Position numbers and translations under genes: made by a program. A DNA stretch of 41,725 nt from a virus (lineage: Duplodnaviria; Caudoviricetes), in the IMG/VR virus record IMGVR_UViG_3300024186_000006, positions 1 through 41,725 of that record; one strand, given 5' to 3'. This document shows positions 5,759 to 15,701 of this stretch, in pieces. The number at the start of each line of letters is the position of its first letter. The stretch's first letter is position 1. The notes below the pieces were generated by a model. It made no database searches and was not told the origin of the DNA. It was given only the letters and a program-made list of their open reading frames with translations.

Positions 5759-7304
5759 TCGTTCTATGAGTGAGGGGAAAACACAAGCAGCTCTCAGCAA
5801 ACTCAGCCGCCTCCCCGCTGAGGAGCAGCTCGCTATCCTCGATAAATTAGAGGAAAATCGGCGTCGCCGTCAGTACGTCAAGTATTTTGAGCCGTGGGAA
5901 GAACAAAAAGAAGCTCTTGCAAAATTCACCAAAGACCGAAAAGTATTTGGACTCCTCGGGGGCAACCGCTCAGGTAAAACCGTCCTTGGAGCTTTTATTG
6001 CGGTCGCATGGGCTCTTGGTAAAGACTATTTTAGAGATGAGCCAGTATGGCCTATCATCGAAGCCCTCCCGATTCCTGAGCCTCCAAACAATATTTGGGT
6101 CGTTGGTCTGGGTTTCGACGTGGTGCGAGATGTTATTTGGTATGAGAAACTTCGTCACGGCAAAGCACACCCGCCTTTTCTCCCGGATGATGAATCGATA
6201 AGAGATATTAAAGAAGGGGATTTTCAAGTCTATTTTGAGAACGGCTCCCTCATCACCTGCAAGTCGGCTGATGCTGGGAGAGAGAAGTTTCAAGGCGCGT
6301 CGATTGACCTCGTCTGGATAGATGAAGAGTGCGAAAAGGATGTCTACGACGAATGCTATCAGCGAACTGTCGATTGCTCTGGTAAGGTCCTTCTTACGCT
6401 CACACCCCTCACCGATGTCAACTCCGGTGTGCGAACTCCTTGGGTGTTTGACCTCTATGAAGAGTCACTTCTCGGAAAACAAGATTTGGTATTTTGTCAG
6501 CTTTCTACCCTTAATAGTCCATTTATCCCCCAAGAAGAAAAAGACCGCCTAGTAGAGAAGTGGCGTGGAGACCCAGAAGAGAATGCTCGTCTATACGGGG
6601 GATTCGTTCGTAAATCCGGTTTGGTATACCACCAATGGGACAAAGCGGTCCACATCGTTAAGCCTTTCACCATCCCCAACTGGTGGCAACGTGTCGTTAC
6701 CATCGACCCCGCAAACACTGGAACCACCGCTGCTCTATGGATTGCAGTGGATGAGCGTGGCGACTATTACGCCTATCGCGAATATTATGAGAGAGAAAGA
6801 ACAATCTCAGAGCACGCCAAGTCCCTCCGTATGTGTTGTGCCGGAGACCCCATCGATTACTGGATTCTCGACCCTTATTGGGGACGACAGCGAAACGGGG
6901 AAACTCATAAAACCGGGGAGCAGCTTTACCGCGAGAACCATATTCCCGTCCGTCTTCCAAAATTCGCCCCTGAGTACCCACTACAAATTTCACGGGAATA
7001 CATTTCCGCAACCGTAACCCCGAATTCCCGCCAGCCACGCTTTTTCATCTTTCAAGGTCAACTTCCGCACTTCGAACACGAGATTACCCACTATACGTGG
7101 GACACGTTCTCGAAGGGCGAACAGAAGGGTCTCTCGAAAGACAAGCCCCGTAAGCGCGATGACCACCTTATGAACGCCATGCAGTATGCGATGACTCTCC
7201 GCTTGAGAGGTTCTCGCCGCCAATCTACAGATGTTTTCGGTCAACCAGTGAACGTCCGGGATATGAACCCGTCAGAACGTTCCAAACTCACAAGCTATAC
7301 GTAG
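5748..7304 (+). CDS. terL: Terminase large subunit
   Basis: Walker A GGNRSGKT, Walker B VWIDEE, coupling motif TLTP, RNase H-like nuclease with TIDP and DDHLMNAMQY. Confidence 0.93.
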   Translation: MADNRSMSEGKTQAALSKLSRLPAEEQLAILDKLEENRRRRQYVKYFEPWEEQKEALAKFTKDRKVFGLLGGNRSGKTVLGAFIAVAWALGKDYFRDEPVWPIIEALPIPEPPNNIWVVGLGFDVVRDVIWYEKLRHGKAHPPFLPDDESIRDIKEGDFQVYFENGSLITCKSADAGREKFQGASIDLVWIDEECEKDVYDECYQRTVDCSGKVLLTLTPLTDVNSGVRTPWVFDLYEESLLGKQDLVFCQLSTLNSPFIPQEEKDRLVEKWRGDPEENARLYGGFVRKSGLVYHQWDKAVHIVKPFTIPNWWQRVVTIDPANTGTTAALWIAVDERGDYYAYREYYERERTISEHAKSLRMCCAGDPIDYWILDPYWGRQRNGETHKTGEQLYRENHIPVRLPKFAPEYPLQISREYISATVTPNSRQPRFFIFQGQLPHFEHEITHYTWDTFSKGEQKGLSKDKPRKRDDHLMNAMQYAMTLRLRGSRRQSTDVFGQPVNVRDMNPSERSKLTSYT

Positions 7305-7311
7305 GAGACAC

Positions 7312-7446
7312 ATGGTTTCTCATCTTTTTTATGTAGCAGTCGGTATCGTTATCGGGGCTTTCATCCCGGCAGTTGGGCGGAAAATCAAAGCCTTCTTCGT
7401 CAAACAGTCTTCCTCAGTGGTTAAGAAAGTCGAAAGCAAACTCTAA
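7312..7446 (+). CDS. Small membrane protein (44 aa, not in the ORF track)
   Basis: AGGAG RBS; MVSHLFYVAVGIVIGAFIPAVGRKIKAFF... has one TM segment and a basic tail; TAATG overlap with the next gene. Confidence 0.6.
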   Translation: MVSHLFYVAVGIVIGAFIPAVGRKIKAFFVKQSSSVVKKVESKL

Positions 7447-7874
7447 TGAAACCTTTTCTGGGACTCGCGCTTTGTTCACTCCTGTTAGCAGGGTGTGGGA
7501 CCCTGAGGGGTGGGTACAATCTTGCTGATTGCGGTGTGGGGCACTTCTTCGGTCTCCACGTAGAGCTGAAGGGCAATGACCTCGTCGCAACCGATATGCA
7601 GATTGGACCTCATCGACAAGTTCACGCGCGGACCCCAGTCACGTTTTCCCTCAAAAAGCACGAGGGGAAGCAGTTTGTTTTCGTCTCAGAAGACATCGGC
7701 ACCCTGTCTGTTACAGCAGACGGGTCGAAACTAGAGGGAACTCTCGAATCCGCAGATGACCATTCCGTAGACACTATCCACGGTCAAGCTGGTCCGCTCT
7801 CCAAGCTCCAAGAATACTCGAATTCTCAGTACGCTGCATGCCCCGCTTCACACGAGGGGCCATCAGTTCAGTAG
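7446..7874 (+). CDS. Putative lipoprotein
   Basis: MKPFLGLALCSLLLAGC lipobox. Confidence 0.7.
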   Translation: MKPFLGLALCSLLLAGCGTLRGGYNLADCGVGHFFGLHVELKGNDLVATDMQIGPHRQVHARTPVTFSLKKHEGKQFVFVSEDIGTLSVTADGSKLEGTLESADDHSVDTIHGQAGPLSKLQEYSNSQYAACPASHEGPSVQ

Positions 7875-7894
7875 CCCACCACGAAGGGTCCATC

Positions 7895-8509
7895 ATGCCT
7901 AATAGAATGGTTGCCTACTTCGTCCGACATGGAACCACTGACCTGAATAAAGAAAATGTTTTCCGTGGGCAGGATAACCCACCTCTCGATACTCAAGGTC
8001 TCAAAGACGCCGATACAGTCGCTAAGTATCTCCGTCCCATCGAATTCGGGACTGCCTACATGAGTCCCCTCGATAGAACTGAAACGACCGCTGAGAGAAT
8101 CCTCGAACCTCGCGGCCAGACCGCAAGCCCCACAGATGACCTCCTCCCGTGGGACACTGGGTATCTAACAGGTCAGCCTAAAACAGGGCACGAGAAAGAC
8201 ATTAAGTACTACCAGAATCACCCGAACACGAAAGTTCCGCAAGGGGAATCAATCAATGACCTTAAAGCGCGGGCTACTCCTCGGATTCGGATTGCTCTTA
8301 ATCACGGTCTTAGTATGGGGGTTCCTTCGCTTGTGGTCACTCACTCAAGTATTATAAGAGTCCTGAGCGATATGCTTCACGGAGACCATAATCAAGTGAA
8401 AGTTAAACCGGGTGGGGTCGTTGGAGTCTTCCATGACGGAAAGAGCTTCAAAGCTGTGCCACTCTTTCGAAAAGAAGATGCTGGAGAAAAGACACATTAC
8501 GGGGCGTAG
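7895..8509 (+). CDS. Histidine phosphatase (phosphoglycerate mutase-like) family protein
   Basis: FVRHG.T..N motif, SPL.R..TA, GES, VVTHS. Confidence 0.88.
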   Translation: MPNRMVAYFVRHGTTDLNKENVFRGQDNPPLDTQGLKDADTVAKYLRPIEFGTAYMSPLDRTETTAERILEPRGQTASPTDDLLPWDTGYLTGQPKTGHEKDIKYYQNHPNTKVPQGESINDLKARATPRIRIALNHGLSMGVPSLVVTHSSIIRVLSDMLHGDHNQVKVKPGGVVGVFHDGKSFKAVPLFRKEDAGEKTHYGA

Positions 8510-8563
8510 GATTGAAGAAGGTTTTTGCGTAGATTGTGCAATAGATAGGGAGCCGAGGGATAT

Positions 8564-8773
8564 ATGTCCGAATTGCAAACAGGGAATACCGCGAAGATTG
8601 ATTTATCTTCTCTTCACGTGGTAGAAGTTCACAGGACCACATTCGCGTGTCCCAAAGACGAACACAAGTTTTTTGCTCTAGAGTTGATTGGAAACGAACC
8701 AACATCGAAAGCAATCATCACTTTAGCTTGTACCATGTGCGGGACTCTCGTCCTACACCGGGTCAAAATCTAA
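8564..8773 (+). CDS. Small zinc-ribbon-like protein
   Basis: CPK...CTMCG; GAGG RBS. Confidence 0.55.
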   Translation: MSELQTGNTAKIDLSSLHVVEVHRTTFACPKDEHKFFALELIGNEPTSKAIITLACTMCGTLVLHRVKI

Positions 8774-8789
8774 AAAAGGAAAATAACAC

Positions 8790-9434
8790 ATGGCGATTCC
8801 AGCAGTAAATCTTTCGTATTACTCTCAGGGAACTGCCGTTCAGCAAGGTACGATTCCGTCTCAGGGCGGGATTTCCGGTCCGCAGTCTAAGCAGCTCATC
8901 GGTATCGCAACCGCGACCCTCGATGGCACTTTGACCGCGTTCACCGTGAACTTTATTGACGGAACCCAGAAGCTTTTCAATAGCGTTGTGTCTATCAGCG
9001 CTTCGAGCGCAACTGCTCCGGCAACTATTGGTGGCGTGGCTAACCAGTCCGTCATCTCGGGTGTTGGCGCATTCGGTGCTTTGAAGGTCGGTCAGTCGGT
9101 TACGACTGCTGGCTTTGCGAACGCGGGCAACAACGGCACCTTTACGGTGAACGCCGTTACGACCAGTTCGATTCAGGTGACTAACGCCTCGGCTGTTGCT
9201 GAATCCGGGACCTTTGGCGCAAACGTGCAGTACAACGCTGGCGCGAAGGTTTTGAGTGTTCAGGGCTCCCGTGCAACCCAGAACGTTGCGGGTGTGACTG
9301 ATACCGCTGCGTCTTCGATTGGTGTGACTCAGGTTGACACCATTACCGATTCTAGCTGCCGCGTCACCGTCTCGGGCGCAGGTTCGAACGGCAACCTTTT
9401 GACGGTACTACTCGAAATCTATCCCACAGCGTAA
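8790..9434 (+). CDS. Putative virion structural/decoration protein
   Basis: A/T/G/V-rich 214 aa with an internal 'GQSVT.AGF.NA.NNGTF.V' module; strong RBS. Confidence 0.6.
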   Translation: MAIPAVNLSYYSQGTAVQQGTIPSQGGISGPQSKQLIGIATATLDGTLTAFTVNFIDGTQKLFNSVVSISASSATAPATIGGVANQSVISGVGAFGALKVGQSVTTAGFANAGNNGTFTVNAVTTSSIQVTNASAVAESGTFGANVQYNAGAKVLSVQGSRATQNVAGVTDTAASSIGVTQVDTITDSSCRVTVSGAGSNGNLLTVLLEIYPTA

Positions 9435-9461
9435 TTCTGAGAACATAGGAGAAAAACGAAT

Positions 9462-9947
9462 ATGTTATTCAGAAATGAGAATCCAAATCTTGGTCCGGCT
9501 TCGACCGTCAACGAAGTGGCTCTTACTGCCACTTCCGTTGTAACGACTCAAGGCAGCGACCTGAAACCTCCTACCCGTGAGTTTATCACGCTTCCATTGA
9601 GTGCGGCCTCCGCTTTGTCTGGGTGGCTCTTTGTGGCTCCTTGGAAGTGCCAGATTCTCGGGGCTCGCTTTAACTCCACTACGGCTGGTATTAGCACTCT
9701 AGCTGTCGAAAAGATTGCGGCCGATTCTATCGCCCCCGCAGCCCCTAACGGCACTACGATTGTCAACGTGTTGTCAACGACTGTTGCTTTGACCAACACT
9801 GCGAACACCCGCTTGTCAGTTGGACCATCCACGGCCTCTGGGGCGGCTGTATTGAACCCCGGCGACCAGCTTGCTTATTTCATTGCTGCGACTCCGACTG
9901 GCTTGGCTGGCGGAATCTTGCAGGTTGAAATTTCCCAGCTCGGATAA
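9462..9947 (+). CDS. Putative virion structural protein
   Basis: Beta-rich, 'FVAPWKCQI...LNPGDQL' pattern resembling capsid-decoration-like proteins; AGGAG RBS. Confidence 0.55.
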   Translation: MLFRNENPNLGPASTVNEVALTATSVVTTQGSDLKPPTREFITLPLSAASALSGWLFVAPWKCQILGARFNSTTAGISTLAVEKIAADSIAPAAPNGTTIVNVLSTTVALTNTANTRLSVGPSTASGAAVLNPGDQLAYFIAATPTGLAGGILQVEISQLG

Positions 9948-9956
9948 CAAACTTCC

Positions 9957-10033
9957 CCAGACAATAGTGTCAAGTCGCTACTTTAGAGGGGCTTTCGGCG
10001 ACGGATAACGATGACGGTCTGGTGTAAGCCCCC
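9957..10033 (+). ncRNA. Candidate structured RNA with possible pseudoknot
   Basis: Nested pairings CCAGAC/GTCTGG, GTCA/TGAC and GTCGCT/GGCGAC; the loop GGGGCTT is complementary to downstream AAGCCCC. Confidence 0.45.
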
Positions 10034-10050
10034 AAATTTTCGGAGGGACG

Positions 10051-10482
10051 ATGTCATTACTAGAGGGACTGGCTCTAGCTAATTTTGCACTCGGGGTTTT
10101 CGATGGCTGGCTTACTCAGCGTCGAATGACTGATTATGGCCCGGAAGTAGAACTCAACAGCCTAATTGTCAGTCTAGCTAAGATTTTCAATCCCCAAGTA
10201 GCGGTTTTGGTTGTTTGTATTCTCTTTGCGGGTGCCCAGTCATTACTCTGCACTCTGATGGATTGGCCTTCAGCTTTAGCTTTTCTCGTCGGCTTTCGTT
10301 TCAAACTCTTGATTGGTCAGGTTCAAAGCCTGTTTTTTGAGGCCCAATTGAAGAAGTTCACGAAGATGCTAGAAGAGAAGCAAAAACTTGAAGGAGGCGT
10401 AATGCGGCCACCCTCCCCGCATTCCGATTCGCAAGAGTCGCCCTCCCAGCCTCCTTCTAATCTTGATAAGGATTCACAATGA
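10051..10482 (+). CDS. Membrane protein (DUF5658-like)
   Basis: 'D.WLT......G..ELN.L' followed by hydrophobic helices. Confidence 0.55.
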   Translation: MSLLEGLALANFALGVFDGWLTQRRMTDYGPEVELNSLIVSLAKIFNPQVAVLVVCILFAGAQSLLCTLMDWPSALAFLVGFRFKLLIGQVQSLFFEAQLKKFTKMLEEKQKLEGGVMRPPSPHSDSQESPSQPPSNLDKDSQ

Positions 10483-10808
10483 GCATTCTCGGAACCGGAC
10501 AAGAAGACATAAAGAAGCTTCTCGATGAATGCATGGACCCAGATAAGGTGGTCTTGCATTGTGGACAGCACGGTTATACCTATAGAAACAAGCGGACGGG
10601 TAAGTACAACAAGCCTCATTTCTCTTGTCCGAAGTGTCAGTTCGTGGCTTTCTTCTCTCTCTTGGCAAACACACCAGCGGGTCGTAGGCAGGAAACAGTG
10701 GAGATGCTGGAGTACAGCATCCACAAGCTCATTGAGGCGGAGAAGCGCGGTGAACTCAATAGCATGGTCCTGAACAACAGGCCAGAAGTCACTATCGAAA
10801 AGGGCTAA
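10479..10808 (+). CDS. Hypothetical protein with Cys/His cluster
   Basis: CGQH...CPKC; coupled to the upstream gene. Confidence 0.65.
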   Translation: MSILGTGQEDIKKLLDECMDPDKVVLHCGQHGYTYRNKRTGKYNKPHFSCPKCQFVAFFSLLANTPAGRRQETVEMLEYSIHKLIEAEKRGELNSMVLNNRPEVTIEKG

Positions 10809-10966
10809 TGCTAATACCCATCCTCGAACAGAACCTATCGAACTCGGGTATGAACGTCTCAGAAGGACCCGTAACATATATTCAAGGGACCCAGACCCCG
10901 GTCCATTGGCTTAATCACACGATTTGGGCACTGGTGCTATTGAAATGCTTAAGAAGCTGGCTCTAA
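10808..10966 (+). CDS. Possible small protein (52 aa)
   Basis: TAATG overlap with the upstream stop; fills the gap; manual translation MLIPILEQNL...LRSWL. Confidence 0.35.
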   Translation: MLIPILEQNLSNSGMNVSEGPVTYIQGTQTPVHWLNHTIWALVLLKCLRSWL

Positions 10967-11124
10967 AGATTCTGGGTATTAAAGAACCCGAACCCAAGGT
11001 CATTGTTATTCAAGCCTCAGGGACCTCACTCCACGCTATTTGTCATAACTGTGGACTACTCGTAGCCAGATGGGAGCCCACCGAACAGGGTCCTCTGTGC
11101 GCTAATTGTAAAGTTGGAGTTTAA
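10945..11124 (+). CDS. Small zinc-finger protein
   Basis: CHNC...CANC. Confidence 0.55.
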   Translation: MLKKLALKILGIKEPEPKVIVIQASGTSLHAICHNCGLLVARWEPTEQGPLCANCKVGV

Positions 11125-12542
11125 TGGCTAACGCTTTCGTCCAAGTTGCCCCTGATAGCACGGGCAAGAAGATGCAGACTTTCGAGAACCTCGTCAGTGG
11201 AAACACTGTCGAAGCGGAAGCTGTTACTCTTGTTCGGTCGTCAGACAACACGGAAGTGGGTTCTTCTGGGCAACCTCTCCGAGTGGACCCCACGGGTACT
11301 ACAGTTCAACCAGTCTCAGGTACGGTCACTGGGAATCAAGGCACCCCAAACTCTCTCGCTAATAAGTGGCCTGTTCAAGTAACAGACGGCACGAACACGA
11401 TGCCGACTGGTGATGCTTCCGCTAGAACCATTCACACTACGGTAGACAATGCGTCTATTGCTGTCACCGGAACCGTCACCGCAAACCAAGGAACCGCAAA
11501 CGCAACCCCTTGGAATGAAAACGTTCTTCAATGGGGTTCTGTTGCAGTAGCCGCCGCAACAGCCGCAGGTGGAGATGGAACCCAAGTAATGCCCGTAGTT
11601 CGTAAAGCGGGCCGTCGATTTGGTTCGACTCTTACTACTACCCCACTTTCTTCTGGACAGACTTTCACAGGTGCGTGGAACGATACTGTAGCCAGCGGAA
11701 CGTCTTTCGTTAGTATTTTCGCTAACTATGACGCCCTTCAACTAGCTTCTAACAATGGTCTCTATCTAGAACAATCGGATAACACAGCTCAAGCCAATTC
11801 CACTTCAACTGTTCAGACCCTTCAGCAAGCGAACTTCGCAACTGTTGGCGGGCCGATTACAAAAAGATATTGGCGCGCACGGTTTCAGGTGGGTACGGCC
11901 AATCAGACGGTTTTGAACATCGTTGCAACGGAATCTGAAACCATTCCACTTTCGGTGCTTTCTTCTGGCGGAGCGATTGGCGCAGCGCCTGCGCCGATAG
12001 GAACGGTACAAAACCCAGATTTCACCAACTTGGGAACCACAGCCGCTTGTTTGGTTGGTCCGAACGGCGGAGCCGGCGGCCCACTTTATGTGATGCCCGG
12101 TGTGTACAGCCCAACGTCGGCGAATGCGGGCGGAAATGGAAATAACTATCAAGCGCCGCGCACTCCCGATACGTTCAAGACCGCGACTGTAGCCGCTACT
12201 GCTACCGGCAACACTGCGGTCTGGACCCCAACATCTGGAAAAAAATTCAGATTGATGCGGTTTCAAGTCACCGCTCAAGGTCTCGCTGCAACAGCCACAG
12301 CCGCTGTAACAGTCTCTTTCCAAGACTCTTCGACGGGCATTACTATCGGAACCTATGATGTCGATGTTCCGGCTGTTGCTGGTGTTACAACTGGAATCAC
12401 AAATATTTCGTGCGGATGGATTGACCTTGGGAATGGAATCCGTTCAGCCGCAGCTAACAACGTATTGAACTTCAATATCAGTGCTGCTGGCGCTGGTACA
12501 GTTGGAACTTATCGCGTAAACGTTTGTGGGACTGAAGAGTAA
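11124..12542 (+). CDS. Putative fibre/spike-like virion protein
   Basis: 472 aa, T/G/A-rich, with repeated 'VSGTVT.NQGT' units in the N-terminal part and beta-rich C-terminal domains. Confidence 0.55.
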   Translation: MANAFVQVAPDSTGKKMQTFENLVSGNTVEAEAVTLVRSSDNTEVGSSGQPLRVDPTGTTVQPVSGTVTGNQGTPNSLANKWPVQVTDGTNTMPTGDASARTIHTTVDNASIAVTGTVTANQGTANATPWNENVLQWGSVAVAAATAAGGDGTQVMPVVRKAGRRFGSTLTTTPLSSGQTFTGAWNDTVASGTSFVSIFANYDALQLASNNGLYLEQSDNTAQANSTSTVQTLQQANFATVGGPITKRYWRARFQVGTANQTVLNIVATESETIPLSVLSSGGAIGAAPAPIGTVQNPDFTNLGTTAACLVGPNGGAGGPLYVMPGVYSPTSANAGGNGNNYQAPRTPDTFKTATVAATATGNTAVWTPTSGKKFRLMRFQVTAQGLAATATAAVTVSFQDSSTGITIGTYDVDVPAVAGVTTGITNISCGWIDLGNGIRSAAANNVLNFNISAAGAGTVGTYRVNVCGTEE

Positions 12543-12793
12543 TGGCACATACATACAACGTGCAGTCAGCAACGTATTTCCCAGGTTCTTCAGCAGACCC
12601 ACAAGTCACTGTTGTTGGAACTGTAGATGGAGTAGCAGTCACTTGTTTTACGTGGCTCTCGGTTCTTGCAGCAGCAAACACTCAGGGCGGTCTTCCGGCA
12701 GTAAAGAACGTTGTAGCGCCTTTAATGCTTGCACAAGTTCCGCCAACGCCAACAGCTCCTACTCAACTTCCAACTGGAACGTTTGTCCAATAA
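12542..12793 (+). CDS. Hypothetical protein
   Basis: 83 aa, TAATG-coupled. Confidence 0.6.
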   Translation: MAHTYNVQSATYFPGSSADPQVTVVGTVDGVAVTCFTWLSVLAAANTQGGLPAVKNVVAPLMLAQVPPTPTAPTQLPTGTFVQ

Positions 12794-12802
12794 AGGAAAA
12801 CA

Positions 12803-13135
12803 ATGTCAAGGCAAGCTTCTATTCTAAATGTTACTCCGTCGAATACTTCGGCGGGCGCTCTCCAAACCGATTTCGCTCAGACTATCGCAGCGGCGGGTAC
12901 TGGCGCTCTCATCACTCTCTCTAAGTATCGAATCATCGTTATCAGCACGACTGTAGCGATGAACGTGAGCTTCGGTCTCTCCACCAACATCCAAGCTCCG
13001 TCCGCTAACTCCTATTTGATTCCTGCGGGCGCACAGACTACATTTGACCTCGGTCCCTCTTGCGACAGTCTTCAGTTCTTCAATAACACAGCGGGTTCAG
13101 GAAACGCTTACGTAAAGGTTCTCTCGGTTCAATAA
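12803..13135 (+). CDS. Hypothetical beta-rich protein
   Basis: 110 aa, AAGGA RBS. Confidence 0.6.
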   Translation: MSRQASILNVTPSNTSAGALQTDFAQTIAAAGTGALITLSKYRIIVISTTVAMNVSFGLSTNIQAPSANSYLIPAGAQTTFDLGPSCDSLQFFNNTAGSGNAYVKVLSVQ

Positions 13136-13144
13136 GGATAGCCC

Positions 13145-15415
13145 TTGGCTAACACGATTACAGGTGAAATGGCTGCGGGTGGGGGTGTTGGACCACAGGG
13201 CGGATTTGGTTTTCAAAGCCCTGACCCGTCTAATGCTTCTACTCAGATGAACCGGACTCAAGGCGGTCTTGTTACAGACAAGAACGTTTTGACCACGTGG
13301 ACTCTCGACACACTCCAGCGTCTTCGTAACTTCCGCCGTCCGTATGACCAACGCCGTTCTTATTTCTATCGGCAGTATATTGGTCAGCGCGACCGCCGGA
13401 TGTTCCCGGACAATCTTACTCCCCGCTCTAATACGTTTGTTCCATACCCGAAATCGAACGTCGATATCGTTGTGGCACAAACTCATGATGCGTTCTTCTC
13501 TATCGACCCGCCTATTGAAGTAAGGCCGAAGGGTTCAACCGCAGAGCGCGCTTTCAATATGCAGTTGGTGCTTCTCTGCACCTTGAAGAAAGCCGCGTGG
13601 ATTAAACAACTCGAACTCGCTATCCGAGATTGTGGCATCTACGGCCACATGGGTATTAAAGTAGATTGGGATTGGGACACTGACACGGTAAGTGGGCCCG
13701 AGCCCATCTATCAGATGCAACCCGAGATAGACCCACACACAGGTCAGCCTATCTTGAATCCAGATGGTAGCCCTGCCCAGCTCCCGGTTCTAGACCCGAT
13801 GACCGGGGAACCTATTCAAATCGGGACTCAGCTCGTAACAAAGAAGGTCCCTCGGAACTGCCCGAAGATTATCCCCATCGATATCTTTGATTTTTTGATT
13901 GACCCTGACGGGAAGCAGAAAGCCCATGTGTTTGAAGTTAGTTGGGGTGAGATGCGTCGTCAGTATGAGAATAACCCAAAGCTTTATTTCCCGGAGGCAA
14001 TGGATGAACTTACTAAGAAGCTTTCTCAGTACAGGGAACTCGACCGTGATGGAATTATCATCCGCGTCGCTGAACTATGGGACGATACGAATAAAACCGT
14101 AACGCAGGTGACTTTCGGTGAAGATGCAGACGCAATTGGATGGAAAGACCGTCGCTACCAATACCGTTCCGCGAGTTACAGTGCTTACAAGCGGCGAGTA
14201 TATGCTGGACCACCCGTTCTCTTGTATACCGGGCCTAACCCTTTCGCACATCAACGAATCCCAATCCTCGACTTGGCGTATATACCTGTTAAAGGAGACG
14301 CCTACGGCATCGGAGTAATCGAGACTGTCAGTGACCTTTGTGAAGGCATTAATGTCTTCACGAACATGATTACTGACAATTGGAACCTCAATATTAATCG
14401 CCGCGTCGCTTATGACGTGACTGTCGATATCGACCACGACCAACTCGATATGGGCAACGTTCCCGGAGGTAAAGTGGGTGTGGTGGGAGACCCGTCAAAG
14501 GCTCTCTACCCGTTCCCGGCTTTCACTCCCGGAGCACAAGATTATCAGATTCTCGACCTCTATCGCTCGATGATTGAAATGGGTTCGGGTATCTCAGACT
14601 TCTACGCAAAGGGTATCGGCAACACTGGTGGTAACGATACTTCTAGTGGCATCTCTCAGGTTATCAACCAGAGCGGCTACACGTTCAAGATGTTCATTCG
14701 ACGCTTTGAGAGCGAGATTCTTCAGCCTCTTTGCGAGATGGCATCTAGTATGATTCAACAGTTCGGAACAGATGAGATGGAGTACTCCATCACCAATGCT
14801 CCTCCGAACATTCCGAAGTGGGGCCGGGTGAAGCTGACTGACCTTCTCGGAAACTACGAATTCGATTTCGTGGGTGCTAACTACGCCACAGGTAAGGTTG
14901 TCAAACAACGGAACCTGATGGCCTATTACAACCTAGCGCAGCAGTCCCCCTATGCACGTCAAGGGGAGTTCCTGAGAGAAATCGGTCGTTGCATGGAGAT
15001 TCCGTTCGTTAATCGGCTTCTCAAGAGCGACGAAGAAGTTCAACAGGAATCACAGCAGCAACAGAACGCCCAGATGCAACAGTTCATTCTTGACCACCTC
15101 TTGAAGTTTGAGAGCAAGGCTGCAATCGAACAGATTAAGAAACCAGAATTCAGACCAGGGAATAGCGTTCCAGCGGCTTCTGAATCCAGACAACATGGGG
15201 AAGATATCCAGCGTCAAGCTGAAGAGTATCTTGCTCAGACCGCAGACTCGATGTTTGGAATGGCTCCGGGTACAGAACCCGTCCATCCAGTAGGCCGCCC
15301 TCGACAGTCTCAGTTTGAAGGTCAAATCCCAGGCGGGAAGCAAAACGACCACATGAGAGGCTTTGCCCAAGATATGGGTGCAAACGCCATCGGTACATCA
15401 GGTTCAGGAGAATAA
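13145..15415 (+). CDS. Portal protein (podovirus/P22-like)
   Basis: 756 aa, 'R.N.FVP', 'G.IYG..GIKV.W', 'DF.IDP', 'YGIG..E' patterns and a Q-rich C-terminal coil; lies upstream of scaffold and MCP. Confidence 0.85.
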   Translation: MANTITGEMAAGGGVGPQGGFGFQSPDPSNASTQMNRTQGGLVTDKNVLTTWTLDTLQRLRNFRRPYDQRRSYFYRQYIGQRDRRMFPDNLTPRSNTFVPYPKSNVDIVVAQTHDAFFSIDPPIEVRPKGSTAERAFNMQLVLLCTLKKAAWIKQLELAIRDCGIYGHMGIKVDWDWDTDTVSGPEPIYQMQPEIDPHTGQPILNPDGSPAQLPVLDPMTGEPIQIGTQLVTKKVPRNCPKIIPIDIFDFLIDPDGKQKAHVFEVSWGEMRRQYENNPKLYFPEAMDELTKKLSQYRELDRDGIIIRVAELWDDTNKTVTQVTFGEDADAIGWKDRRYQYRSASYSAYKRRVYAGPPVLLYTGPNPFAHQRIPILDLAYIPVKGDAYGIGVIETVSDLCEGINVFTNMITDNWNLNINRRVAYDVTVDIDHDQLDMGNVPGGKVGVVGDPSKALYPFPAFTPGAQDYQILDLYRSMIEMGSGISDFYAKGIGNTGGNDTSSGISQVINQSGYTFKMFIRRFESEILQPLCEMASSMIQQFGTDEMEYSITNAPPNIPKWGRVKLTDLLGNYEFDFVGANYATGKVVKQRNLMAYYNLAQQSPYARQGEFLREIGRCMEIPFVNRLLKSDEEVQQESQQQQNAQMQQFILDHLLKFESKAAIEQIKKPEFRPGNSVPAASESRQHGEDIQRQAEEYLAQTADSMFGMAPGTEPVHPVGRPRQSQFEGQIPGGKQNDHMRGFAQDMGANAIGTSGSGE

Positions 15416-15416
15416 A

Positions 15417-15701
15417 ATGGAAAGCTCTAGCGAGAAGTTTGCAAGTCAGTTTATGTCAGAAGGTCGCCCAGCAGGTGATGGACTCCAATCGACTGGAATG
15501 CATCCGGGTGACGTGTCTGTCGAGCTGACCATTAAGACTCCTCAGGCTGGTTGCGGTTTTGCGGAATGGGCAACTGGCGGATATGATTTCGATGGTTGTG
15601 CGTCAGGTAAGGTTGGGCGGTATAACTATAAGCCGGAACCGGGTCCTGCAAGCGACTATAAGGCCAATATGCCACAGCGCGTAAAGGTTCAAAATGCCTA
15701 A
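15417..15701 (+). CDS. Hypothetical protein
   Basis: ATG at 15417 after AGGAG. Confidence 0.6.
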   Translation: MESSSEKFASQFMSEGRPAGDGLQSTGMHPGDVSVELTIKTPQAGCGFAEWATGGYDFDGCASGKVGRYNYKPEPGPASDYKANMPQRVKVQNA

